This document shows positions 35,440 to 47,415 of a stretch of 64,000 nt of DNA, one piece after another. A program made the translations under genes and the position numbers. The notes beneath the pieces were generated by a model. The model saw only the letters and a list, made by a program, of their open reading frames with translations. It ran no database searches and was not told where the DNA came from. Source of the DNA: Haplodiscus bocki (Eukaryota). Each line of letters begins with the position of its first letter. The first letter of the stretch is position 1. The stretch is from assembly GCA_965655095.1 (NCBI GenBank), contig OZ296652.1:74896001-74960000 (forward strand), in the 5' to 3' direction.

Positions 35440-38400
35440 TTAAAATCTGTAGTCGTCATTACAATTTGGCTTTGGATTATGATGTAGGTCATATTTTGAG
35501 CTGCGGGGCTTGCTAGGCGTAGGGTCAGGTTGCTCTACACTAGCATCCGCATTAAGTAAGTATTGATCCGCATCCGTTCCGTCATACGATCTGTCTGCCT
35601 GCGGGATAATTTCTGCGGAACTCTCGCTTATGGTTCCCGAAGTGCTCCTCATTTCATCGGTTGGTTCATCAGATCGTATTGTGATTTCGGGTGAATTAGG
35701 TGTTACAGAATTATTGTAATCGCTATCAGATAGTGGCTTGTCATATTCACACTCCCATGCTCTGGCGTATAAATCATCATGTTTAATGATAACTTCCGGA
35801 TCTGGTTGTCAATCGCGCGGTGTGATTGGTATATCCGGTATGGGTTGACAAGGTGTGAATTGGCGTAGCCTCAATCGATGAAGTATTTGCGTCTTTTTGG
35901 TGCCAATTTTGCGTACCAAATAATTGTTGTTCGGTAGCACCTTTTCAAAAATATAAGGTCCAATGCACCGAAAAACTGTAAAAGGAATTTTGCTTCCTTG
36001 GTGATCTGCTCTTGGTTGTAACACGTAAATGTAAGCTGTTTTTTTTAAGTTTTGAGGCGTTGGCTTTTTTATCATAATACGCTTTGTCATTGATATAAGC
36101 TTGCATGGCATTTTTGCGGACATCTTGGAAAATCATTTCCGTCTGTTCAAGCAAATCTTGGGCAACTTGTGAGTCTTGAGAGGAATTTTTGTGGACGAAT
36201 ACCCACTTTTGAATCAAGGATGTTATAGGGAAAGCGTCCATGAAACACTCTGTCGCATCACATCCAATACTCGAGTGATAAGAGGTGATGTAATTAAGGA
36301 CTGCAATGGTGACGTACTTAGGCCACAGTGATCTCCACTCGCCTGTCTCTATCTTCAACGCCTGTTTGGTTGACGCGTGAGATCTTTCAAGTAGCCCAAT
36401 TATTTGAGCGTGCTTTGTAGTGGCGTGCTTCAGAGTAATGCCAAGGACGCCAGACACTTCTTTATTTACATATAACACAAAGTCTGTGCCTTTATCTGAG
36501 ATGAGTGTCGTTGGTAAGTAGGCGTGTTTGGTCTTGATGTCATTAGCGATTGTCTTGGTGTCCTGATTTGATGTCAGGTATGCAAATAAGTAGCGGGAAA
36601 ACACGTACATGGCTGTCAAAATGTTTTGATAGCCATCTGACGGAGGTAATCCCGGTACCCAATCAATTTGCATGGCGTCTTCTGGCGCAGCGCAGTAATG
36701 TACTCATTCGGGTCTTGCAGGGGAGTGCGGGTGAGTCGGGGATTAATCCGTGATTCTCTGAGCCATTGCTCACATGACATAACTCAATCCGTGATTAGTT
36801 GAGCCATTTTTGGGTTTTAATACTTTTCTCTGTATGCAATTAATGTTTTGATAGTTCCAGGATGTTTCCCAAATCCCCGTGGAGACTCCGGAGTACTTCG
36901 TTTACAAGCTACTTTGGTAATGAGAATTTGGTAGTATTTGGCGCTACCAGTTTCCCCGTAGTATTTCCGGAATAGGAGTCCATCTTTGAGGATAATGCGA
37001 CTCTCGTTTGCTCTGTAGTGCTTAAATCGTCTGTCCGTTGTCAATAGCACATCATCATCTGGTTGGCCAAGTACTTTGAGTTTCAGGTCTTCAGTACTAG
37101 ATCTGCATCCTCCTCTATTTGTATTCGTGCACTTGCTTTAATTCCGTTGATGGAATACGACGTAGTGTTTCCGTCGATCTTTGTGAACTCTTAAATAGTT
37201 GGCTTCATTGAGGATGGTTCCTGATTTATTACCCATTGTGCTGCCTTTTTCTGAGATTGTAAGGATCTTTTCTTCGGTTTCATCTTGACCATCTGCTTGC
37301 GCGAAGAAGAACTGTTCTTCATCTGCAACATCTGAGGAAGAAGTTGACACCTCTATGGGTGTTGTTTGTACATCCTCCCTGATTTTGAGATGGAACTTCT
37401 CCGTGACTTTCTTTTTTAATCTGGAGAGAAACTCAGCTGCTGTGTTAACTGAACCAGCGATATGTGCTACATTGAAGTTAAACTGCAGCACATGATCACA
37501 TGCGTTTCACAGGGATGGTGGAATAGCTTTTGTCTGGAAGAACCGGGTGACTGATTTATTGTCCGTTAAGACAATCGTCAAATTTGTTGTTTCTCACAGA
37601 ACGTGTGCAAACTCAAGAAAAGCCATGTGGATTGCCAAAAAATTTTTGAGTTAATTGACATCTTGAGCTGTGCGGGGAAAAGACTATTGATCCAAACGCG
37701 ACGGATGCGTATGTTTTCCATTTTGATTGGATATTTTGGTCCGGGTTATCTTCAATCATGAGAGCATAGCGTGCGCTTCTGAAATTTGCATCAGTAATTA
37801 GGACTAGCTGTTTCCCAGGAAGAGGTTGTTTCAGTGCTAGTTCGCAAGCATCACTCAGTGCTTTGTTTACTGAATCAAAGGTTTCTTTCAATTCTGATGT
37901 GGCGTTGATCGGGACTTCTGCTTTCAAAATTTTGTATAAAGGATTGAGATTTTCAGCCGTTGTGGGAATAAGGTTTCTGTAAAAGTTTACGAAGCCCAAA
38001 TAGCGCTGCAAAGCGTCTTTCGATTTGGGAATTTCAGTTTACTTAGGAAGTTCTGAATGTTGTAAGATTGTGGTAATACTCCCTCGGATGAAATGGTTCA
38101 CCCTAGTAATTCAACTTGTCTAACTCCGAAGTGGCATTTCTCAATTGTCAGTTTCAAGGGTGCCTGGCGAATACACTTGAAGACTGCCCGAATGTTCCGG
38201 GAAAGGTCCGTAGGGTTATTGGCTGCAATTCCAATATCATCCACATATTGAGCACATTGGTCACCTTTGACAACTGGGTCCAAATACTCGCGCATGTAGC
38301 TCGAAAAAGCAGACACAGATCTGCTGAGACCTTGCGCAATTCTTCTGTAGGCAAAGGTTCTGCTAGCAAAATTGATGCATGCATTTCCAGCGAACGTTGG

Positions 38401-40290
38401 TCCGCTATCTGCAAGCAGTGATACGCTTGAGAGCAGTCAAGCTTACAGAATAATGACTTCCCTGCCAGGTTTTGTGCTGCATCTGACAAAGAGCCGACAG
38501 GGTGATTATTGTTAATGTAATCATCCGGTATCTGAGTGTTGATTTTCCTGAGATCCACAACGAGACGTAGTTTTCCGTTGGGTTTCCTCTGTGTAAAAAT
38601 GGGACTTGCATATTTTGAGAACGGTAACACTGTGATGATCCCATATTTGTGGATACTGGCAAGCTCAACAATTATATCGTTTTTCACGTGGGTGGCTTTG
38701 GCTGTAGACACCTTTATCATCCTTTGGTGTTAGTGTCACCTTGAATTCTGTGTTCTTCCCGATATCCATTCTATGTCTAGCAAATATGTCATGATATTCG
38801 ACTAGAATATCTTCGACTGCGTGTAATTCAGTTTTTGTGAGCAGTGAGTCCGTCCAATCAAATCGCTTTAAGAATTCCTTTCGTGATTGCATGTCATCTT
38901 TCGGTTTGAGTTTTTCTTTTAGTTGCAGTTTAAGATTCGTGTTTGAATTGGGGTATGATTCTCTATGTTGCCAGGATTTTCGGGTGTCGGAAACCAGAAA
39001 GTAATGTTTTGCTGGTCTGGTTTATTGGTTCTGAGTAGTTCAGACAGGTAAGTAATCAGATCTGGGTCACCTTCGTGAATCATACTAAGAATTGCCATAT
39101 CTACTGGATTGATAAACTTGGATTGCTTCGGAGTGAATACGGCAAATTCGGCACTTTGTGTGTTCTTGTTGACTCTGTAAGGTTATTCCGTCGTGTTGGT
39201 GACTCCTATTACTATCTTTCTGTCAATTATTGTTGACATTGAATAGGATAATATGAGACTCGCGCTTTCTGTGATTTTTTACTGGAGTCACTGTCCCTGT
39301 TCTATTCCATTCTGATAAGTGGTCAACAAATGCTGTGATTGTTTTTTTGTCATTTCTGGTATTGTTATACTATCGTGGATGAGAACAGGTTGGGGTATAG
39401 CACTTCTCTGACTCAAAGCACTTTTGACTTGCATTGTCAAATGTGGGAAGTGGATGAGGCCGTGTGTGGTATGGATGACCACACTGTTATGTTTGATAAA
39501 GTGCAACCCTATAATTGGTCCTGTCAGTTTCTCCATCAAGACGAAATGTTCTGCAAAGATGTGTTCTCCAATGTCAAATTTAAGTGCGGCTGTTGCTTTT
39601 GGCTTTTCTAACTGGCCATTTGTTACTTGAGTTTGAAAGTTAGGAGTTTCATTGATTTTTAGGATTTTAGATGTAGCTTGTTGTTTAATTCTATCTAATT
39701 CTTTCTGAGCTATTCCACTGAGATAGGCTTCCGAGTCAGCAAATGCATCTTATTTCAAGCCATTCTCCAAATCCAAAGGGACATACAACATTTCACTCTT
39801 TCGTTCTAGGACAATTGTGGAGGATAGTGGGATGTAGAGTTCATTGGTAATATCATCCCTCACAAGTCGTTCTTCAATTTGTGAAGTTGTTATTTTGTTA
39901 GGGGAAATGTTATCATCTCCATTGTCATAGGTTGTCATGTGGGTTTCATTTCGTTGGATTTCATGTTGCTGCTCCCTGGAGTCATTGGGGCAATATACTG
40001 GCGCACTCACAGTTTGATTTCCTGGGATTGGCTCCGTACTGGATCCGGATACTTGGGATGAGGTTTTGTTCATTGGCGACGTTTCTGATTGTACATCATT
40101 TCTCTGTTTGCATTCGGGCATGTGGGTATTTTTATGAGTTTCAGTAGTTGAAGTTTTTTGAATATTAGTTAAATGAGTCTCCTGAGGTTGCTGCCAGACA
40201 ACCTCTGGGATTGGGATTGGTGGACGTGTTGAATGAGTTACCTCCGGTCTGTCAATCGCAGCTCCGGAGTGAAGACGTGGCATTTTCTGT
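35440..40290 (-). pseudogene. pol: pol of element A (PR-RT-RNase H-integrase), many stops and frameshifts
   Basis: FADSEAY (decayed protease D-S-G-A, ~39735); RT motifs YASPIF..RKPNGKLRL, KLDCSQAY, QYVDDI; RNase H LITDA and TDNKS; integrase QIDW, ISDKG, GLLERSH; GPY module. Confidence 0.93.
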
Positions 40291-40503
40291 TTAAGTTTTA
40301 GGCTGCAGCCTGAGTAGTTTCATTCGAGTCATTCTGGTTGGCTCTTTCTTGTACCTGATTTTGTCTTTCCGGTCTTCTCTGCCGGGGAGGCGGTCTATTT
40401 GCTGAATTGGCTCTGTTGTAACATTTCTCTGTGGAATGGTTTGTCTTGCCACATGTCTCACGGGGTGAGTAAACAGTTTTTGGCTTTCTTTCGGCTCGGT
40501 TAC

Positions 40504-40537
<34 letters not shown>

Positions 40538-41954
40538 AAGATTGTTGACGTTGCTGTTGGAGTTAGATGTATTGGCGTCACTGTTTTTGTTTCCAGGATT
40601 TTTTTTGGCTATTATCAGTTTGTTCTCACTGTTTTTTCATTAATCGACACTGATTTCTGAAAAGTCCCTGTTTTTTACAGTGGTGGCACGTTGGTTTGGG
40701 TCTGTCAGCATTTAGATTTGCAGTATTGTGGCTCACAGTTTTTCTCTGTAGCTCATCAGGGGCTTCCAAACCGTTCAGCTCTATTTCCTTTTCTAAGTGT
40801 GTGACAATCTGCTCATATGTGCCATTTTCCAGGTGGGCCTGATTTATTGATTTTTTCAGGTGTGGTGGCATTTTGGCGTATATGAAATGTTCAAGAATGG
40901 CGTGTGCAGCAATTCCGAATGCGTCTTTAGCCAGTCTTTGAAGTTCATCAAGGAAATCTACTAACTTTTGATTTGTTGGGTTGAAGACGCGTTTTTGGAA
41001 TTTGTGTTTCGCTGTTGCCATCGACCGGGGTTTCACATACTTCCCTCGGAAAACTATTTCTCCCAAAATCTCTCGGGTTGGGCCATTATTGTTTTTAAAG
41101 TTTTGTAGCGCATCCCCCCGCATGAGAGAGTGGAAGTAATTGTTTCTGTCATCGTCTGTCAGCCGATTAGGAACTTTGAGGCTCATTTGATTTTCAAACA
41201 GCTCAAATTTCTCAGATTTCCCGTCAAACGTGGGCCTCGTTGTGGTGAGTGACTTTGGCAGTTTGGAATTTTTGTTGATGTTACTATGAAAATTCGCAGA
41301 ATTGTTGTTATTTGCCAACTGCTGAAGGGCCAGCAAAATTTGGTTTCCTTCGATTGTCGCAGGAGTGTTCTCGCTGCCAAATTGCGGCGGATTGGTGGAA
41401 AGGTTCTTTTTCTGCTCTCCTGAAGATGTACTAGGGGAGCAGTATGTGACTTCCTCGTGGACTCCTGTCATGTCGTGGCAGTTGCCAAGCTGTTCTGTAG
41501 TTCCTGTCGCTATGTCGTGGCCGCAGAGGCTCTCTTCTTGAACTCCTGTCACCATGTCTTGGCAGTCTCCTAGGCCAGAGTTCTGCGTCGTCTGGCCGTG
41601 GAAAAAGCCCGCTTCAGGATGAAAATCCTTCTGGGAATCGTCCCCATTCGTTCCCTGGCTTGAACTCAATGCGTTCCGGGAGGCCTCCGGAGTTGTTCCG
41701 AAGTAGCCTTGGAGTAGCGGTTTCATGAGAAAGTCGTCGAGACGTGCTAATGCGCCTAGTATGCGGTTTTTTGTTCTGCGAAACTCCTTTGACAACCTTT
41801 TTGTGACCCTTCCCTCAATTTCTTCAGAAACTTGAGTTATTGAATCTTAGTGCGATCTGGGAGCATTCGAGTTTTGTGCCAAGTTGCTCCTAGGATGTTC
41901 CTCACAGTTTTCTTTGTTTAATGCTGCCAATTTTCTCTTGTTTCGAGTTGCCGT
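40291..41954 (-). pseudogene. gag: gag of element A
   Basis: Start decayed to ACG (41954) followed by ATRNKRKLAAL. ORF 40626..41795 has PTFDGKSEKFELFE and knuckle CHHCKKQGLFRNQC; a second knuckle CETCGKTNHSTEKC follows. An (AAC)n poly-Asn tract lies at 40503-40537. Confidence 0.9.
41540..41554 (-). promoter_or_regulatory. Primer-binding site of element A
   Basis: TGGTGACAGGAGTTC immediately follows ...CAAGACA, the position homologous to the solo-LTR end. The cognate tRNA was not identified. Confidence 0.65.
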
Positions 41955-42790
41955 TTTCTACGGGAAAGTAATGATCAGTGAGTGAAACTTGATTATCTTT
42001 TGCAGAACGGAAATCAATTTCGATATTTCAACCAGTTGTGATTAAAACAACGAAGGGAATTAACAATAATGGGTCTTACTGTCAGTACTCCAAAATAATA
42101 ACAACACTTGAGTTTTTTATACTTTCATTTCTCCTATTTATACCTTTTCCTGGCGGGAAACATAATTGTTTACACGCCAAGTCAAGGTACAAATGGGGAA
42201 AAGTACTCTATACATTATCACATCAAAGTCAAAAATGCGGACTCTGACGAAAAATAAACAACTTTTCCATCCATCTATTCTTTCGTAGGACGCGCCTCTT
42301 CCATCTTTCGACAGAGAAACGGACGGACATAATCCGTCGGAGACGGACATCAAAGTGTTTATTACCGCGCCGACATATTATTTACATACTTAGTAATTGT
42401 ATGCTCCATAGATGGAAAATACTAAAAATTTCCTTAGATAGGAGAGTAAAAAATAAAATGTCTAAAATGGAAAAATGAGAGAAATAAAATCAAATACAAA
42501 CAACATGACTTAGTACAAAAACACCTTTAATCATCATCCTCATGCTCGTTTCATCGTCAGTTAACCTTTCTGACTTCTACTCGTTTAGAAATGAAGAGAA
42601 GGTAGGAGCACTACTAGTTTACTCCTCGTTCCGACGACTAGCTACTAGTGGTATCCGGAATAGTTCCGTAGCCACTAGTAGTATTAGTTGAATTTCAGTA
42701 AGCCGTGCTCGAATGAAGAGTGAATACGAAGTCACTCCGTATTCACCATAGCACTACAGCACAGCATAGTTGGAAATAGTTTTGTGACGT
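41555..42790 (-). repeat. 5' LTR of element A (U3 side truncated)
   Basis: Ends in CA before the PBS, includes the gag start, and is homologous to the solo LTR and B LTRs in the conserved central block. Confidence 0.75.
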
Positions 42791-42809
42791 GGAATATGGA
42801 ATATGGTAA

Positions 42810-43473
42810 TTTATTGAATTAACAAAACTGGGTATTATCATCAGTACTACAGAATGATAACAAAAATCTAATAATCTGTACTTTCATTTCTTTTATTTAT
42901 ACCTTTTCCTTGGCGGGAAACATAATTGTTTACACGCCAAGTCAAGGTACAAATAGGAAAAAGTAATTTATAAATTACAAGATCAAAGTCAAATTACCGA
43001 CGCCGGTGGAAATAAACAACTTCTCGATCCACCTCTTCCTTCAAAAGACGCGCTTTTTCCATCTTTCAACAGAAATCGGACGGATCTAGTTCGTCGGAGA
43101 TGGAAATCAAAGTGTTAATTCCCGCGCTGACATTTTGTTTATAGTTCGAAAACTGTATGATCCATAGATGGAAAACACTACGTATTTCCATAATTAGGAA
43201 AATAAAATAAAAAAAAATATTTGAAAAATAAAAACACAATATGCATGACTTTAAAATGAAAAAGAAATAAAGATACAGCTAAGCATGAACTTCATGCTCA
43301 TTTTGTAATCAATTAGTTTATGCGTCTTCTACTTCTTTAGAAATGAGGAGAAACTAGTAGCACTACTAGTTCACTCCTTGTTACGACGAATAGCTACTAG
43401 TGGTATCCGGAACAGTTCCGTAGCCAACAGTAGTATTAGTTGAACTTAAGTAATGCGTGCTCAAAGGAGGAGT
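42810..43473 (-). repeat. Additional diverged LTR fragment of the same family, running into the gap
   Basis: Colinear with 42055-42720 at clearly lower identity than the two A LTRs show to each other. Confidence 0.85.
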
Positions 43474-43673
43474 NNNNNNNNNNNNNNNNNNNNNNNNNNN
43501 NNNNNNNNNNNNNNNNNNNNNNNNNNNNNNNNNNNNNNNNNNNNNNNNNNNNNNNNNNNNNNNNNNNNNNNNNNNNNNNNNNNNNNNNNNNNNNNNNNNN
43601 NNNNNNNNNNNNNNNNNNNNNNNNNNNNNNNNNNNNNNNNNNNNNNNNNNNNNNNNNNNNNNNNNNNNNNNNN
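43474..43673. other. Assembly gap (200 N)
   Basis: Run of N. Confidence 1.
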
Positions 43674-44300
43674 AAGATGTCGTACCCGCATATGATGCGC
43701 CACCAAAACAATGACGCCGGCTGGAACGGTTGAACTGTTTCTGGGGAATGTTGGAACTTTCCCCGCATGAAAACTGTAATTATGTAGCGCTTTATCAACA
43801 AACTGTTAAGAAAAACAGGAAATTACTTTCGGACTCAGACAACTTCCAAGAAATCGTAATTTTGTCATAAAATTTAGAATCTCCCAGTGAAAAAAAAACA
43901 AGTTGCGCCTTCGCATAAAATAAATTTTCATTTAAATGAGTTCACGTATTCAAATTCCATAGAGAAAAGCAGCCGAGGAAACCAAAAATTCAGAATTTAG
44001 CAAAACAAGTCAACCGTAGAGCTAACGGGAAAGAAATATCAGCAGGGCTGACAACATTGAGATTTAACTAAAAACATTGAAGAAAGAATTTTGCTGAAGT
44101 TCAACGAACTTCTGCTCATTTGAGAAAAAAAGCACTCGGCGCACTTAGAAACGTAAACACTGCCTGGCACCAACAGCAAAACTAACAATGTCTAGAGGAA
44201 CAAGCACAGACGAAAATATCAAAGTAGTGCTGACGGCTCAGTCAACTTCGGCATGGAGATCGGTTTATCTCAGACAGTATTTGCGTCAACACTGCGACGC

Positions 44301-46201
44301 TGTCGCAGCATATCTGCGAGGCTTGTCGACAGTTGCTCCCTGAGCCGAAGGACATACCAGGCCCGTCGTCAACAAACTGAATACTCAGGACTGAAAACTT
44401 CATATAAACATACTAGATTAGTTTTCATCAATTGTATAGAAATGATACGTAGTAGTTACGTATCAACCCTGTGCACATATACAAAGTTCATGAAAACGAT
44501 ACCATAGTGGTTACGTATCGTTCCATAATATGTACTTCATGTAAAAGCAGGTACTTTTTACGTGTAATTCCGGTGAACTGATCCAGATTCGGACGGAGCA
44601 ACTACTGAACAAACGGATTTTCATTTACTTTCCCTACTCTATATTTATCATACTATTGGGTGCTATTTTTATAAATAATATAACTAATTAGTGTATGACT
44701 CCACGTTGTCAATTGACTTGTGCAGTAATTTAAACCAAAATTGACAGTGTCAACAAGTTTGCATTAACTGTTAAGGCTATTATTACAGAGCGCGAGTTTA
44801 AAAGTGAATATTTGTTGCGTTTGTGTTCCGTCATAACCAATCTGCTGACGTCATTAGAAATTAAACCAATCCGCTGTGCTACTACGCTGTGTCGTTTTGG
44901 ATGGACACGGAACGGTTACGTAGCCACATAATTCTTTTTCCTCAGTAGCACTGTGGAGAGCAGTGCTACAGGCGGCTACGAAGTCGTTCCGGAACGCCTT
45001 GGCGAAAATGAGGAAACGGCATGTAGAAATGATGAACGGGCTGGGAAAAAGCCTAAGTTTGTTCCCAGCAGTGGATATAATTGACGCAATATGTAAACAC
45101 ATGTAAACATTAACTTTATCCATCAATTATATGTTTTACTTTTACGTGTTTTATTCTTATTTGTTGTATTTTTTTTAGTAATTTCCTCCTATAAAGCAAC
45201 TTTGTGATCTTTTGTTTATATTTTTGTTTATTGTGTCGGCGCGGTAATAACCACTTTGATGCCCATTTCTAACGGATTAGACCCGTACATTTCCTGTCGA
45301 AAGATGGGAAAGACTCGGTCTGTGAAAGAAGAAACGGACGGAGAGGTGTTTATTTCCAGCCAGTGTTGACATTTTTTCCTTTGTAAATATTATGATTAAA
45401 GTTTTTTTCCCTATTTGCAGCGCGAATTGGAGTATAAACAATTTTGTTTCCCGCCAAGAAAAAGGTACAAATGGAGAAACGAAAACACCATTACTGTCAT
45501 ATCATTTGTAGCTTTTGGTATTGCACTCATTTTTCGAGTCATTAACTGTTTGTTTGCGTTGAAACCTTTGCCTCATAATAAGAAGAGATTTTCGTTTTTG
45601 TTATAAAATTAAAAACGCAATTCAGTCTTCACAACTGACAGAACATTTTCCTCAGAGTCATGACAACGTTGAAGAATAGAAGGAAATTAGCGGCAGTTGC
45701 AAGGGAAACACCTGAAGATACTGGGAACAGTCAGTCGCAAAACACACTTGATCCAGGAATGGCTCAGGAGTACATCTCCTAGGTTTCTGAAGAGATTGAT
45801 GGGAGGGTAACTAAAGAAACTTTCCAAAGAATTCAGCCGGACGGAGTCACGTATTTTGGGTGCTTTGTCTAAGCTTGACGATTTTTTTTCTGAATCCACA
45901 TGTTGAGACTTGTTCCGTAGCTGTTCCGGGAACATCCAGGAACAACGAACCAGAAAACCGGAAACCCACTGAGGATCGTTCCCTGGGCGATTCCTGTCCC
46001 GAAGCGGTGTTCTCTAACTACCATTCTAGTAATCTGAACGATTCAGAGCAGGAAGAGACGCATCACAGCCACAACCGGCAACACCACAGTGCAGCTCCAA
46101 CGCGTTGAAACCCTTCATATTTTCCCCTAGCATCCGTATGGTTGAGCAATGAAATCAGAAAGTCACCAAGTCGACTTCAGAGCAGCAGGAGACGCATCAC
46201 A
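44301..46201 (+). repeat. 5' LTR of element B with a duplicated end
   Basis: Starts TGTCGCAGCA. The LTR end GAGACGCATCACA occurs twice (46067 and 46201), separated by ~108 bp that also follow the 3' LTR. Confidence 0.88.
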
Positions 46202-47415
46202 ATGTGACAGGAGTTCAAAAAAAGATTCGCTATCGTCCTCACATGGTGACGAGAGCTCAAGAAGCTGCCCTGGAAGTTCAACAGGAAAACAAAATAAGGT
46301 GAGCTCTACAAGTCGGCCGCAACTTCGCAGCGATAACACCCCTGCGACAATTGAAGCCAAGCAGATATAGTTGGCTCTTCAACAATTAGCAAGTAACAGT
46401 AATTTCAACAACAACATCAACAGAATCTCGACATTGCCCAAACCCCTCACAACGACAATGTCCACCTTTGACGGGAAATCAGAGAAACTTGAACTGTTTG
46501 AAGATCTGTTCCAAACAAGTTTCAAAAATTCACAATCCGCTTACCGAAGAAAACAAAACAAACTACTTTTACTTTTTCATGTGTGGGATGCGCTACAAAC
46601 ATTCAAAGTCATCACCAGCCTCAATAGAGTGAATTTGGGAGACATTTTGACTGTGTTCCGTAGAAAATGCGTGAAACCTCCGTGTACGCCTACAGCAGAA
46701 CACAACATTCAAAGACTGATCTTCAATGCAGCGAAACAGAAGGTAATGGCTTTTCTGAACGAACTCTAGAAACTAGCCAAGGCTGCATTCGGAGTTGCCA
46801 CTCAGGCGATCATTGAGAAATTCATATATGCCAAAACGCCTCACCACCTGAAGAAATCAATCAACCAGGCACATTTGGAGATTGGCAATATTCAACAAAT
46901 TGTGTCACATCTTGAAAGAGAGTTGGAACTGAATGGTTTGGAAGCTCCAGATGAGTGGAAGATAAAAACTGTGATAGGAACAGGCCACACAACAAATCCC
47001 AGAAAAACCCAAGCCAATCTACCACCACCGCGAAAAGCCAGGTGACTATCGAAACTAGTGCCGTCATTTCAAGCGAGAAAAAAACCCCGCCCAAAACAAC
47101 ACGAATAGTGCCGGCAATTACAACAAAAATAATAGTGGTCCGACAAGGTCCAACTCCAACAATGGAACTCCTAACAATACCAATGCAAACAATACAAATA
47201 ATCAAAAAGAGAGGAAACCCGGACCTATCTACCCAACCTGTGAGACCTGTGGTAAAACTAACCATTCCACAGAGAAAAAATACTCTGTAGCAAATGCAGC
47301 TAAGCAAACGCCTCCCCGGAACAGACGACAGGAAGGACAGAATCAAGTTGAACAGAGAAATACCCAAAACAATTCAGATTGGAATGTTCAAGCCGCAGCC
47401 AAATCTATAAACTAA
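45660..47415 (+). pseudogene. gag: gag of element B, fragmented
   Basis: MTTLKNRRKLAAV starts inside the LTR; STFDGKSEKLELFEDLFQ; knuckle PCETCGKTNHS. Colinear with gag of element A. Confidence 0.88.

Larger units (their letters stand above)
33523..42790 (-). mobile_element. Ty3/Gypsy LTR retrotransposon, element A (decayed, LTRs truncated)
   Basis: gag-PR-RT-RNaseH-IN order on the minus strand; near-identical repeat at 33523-34146 and 41989-42612; PBS-like TGGTGACAGG at 41554. Confidence 0.92.

Noticed and set aside
43436-43801. ORFs spanning the N run
   Set aside because: Artefacts of the assembly gap.
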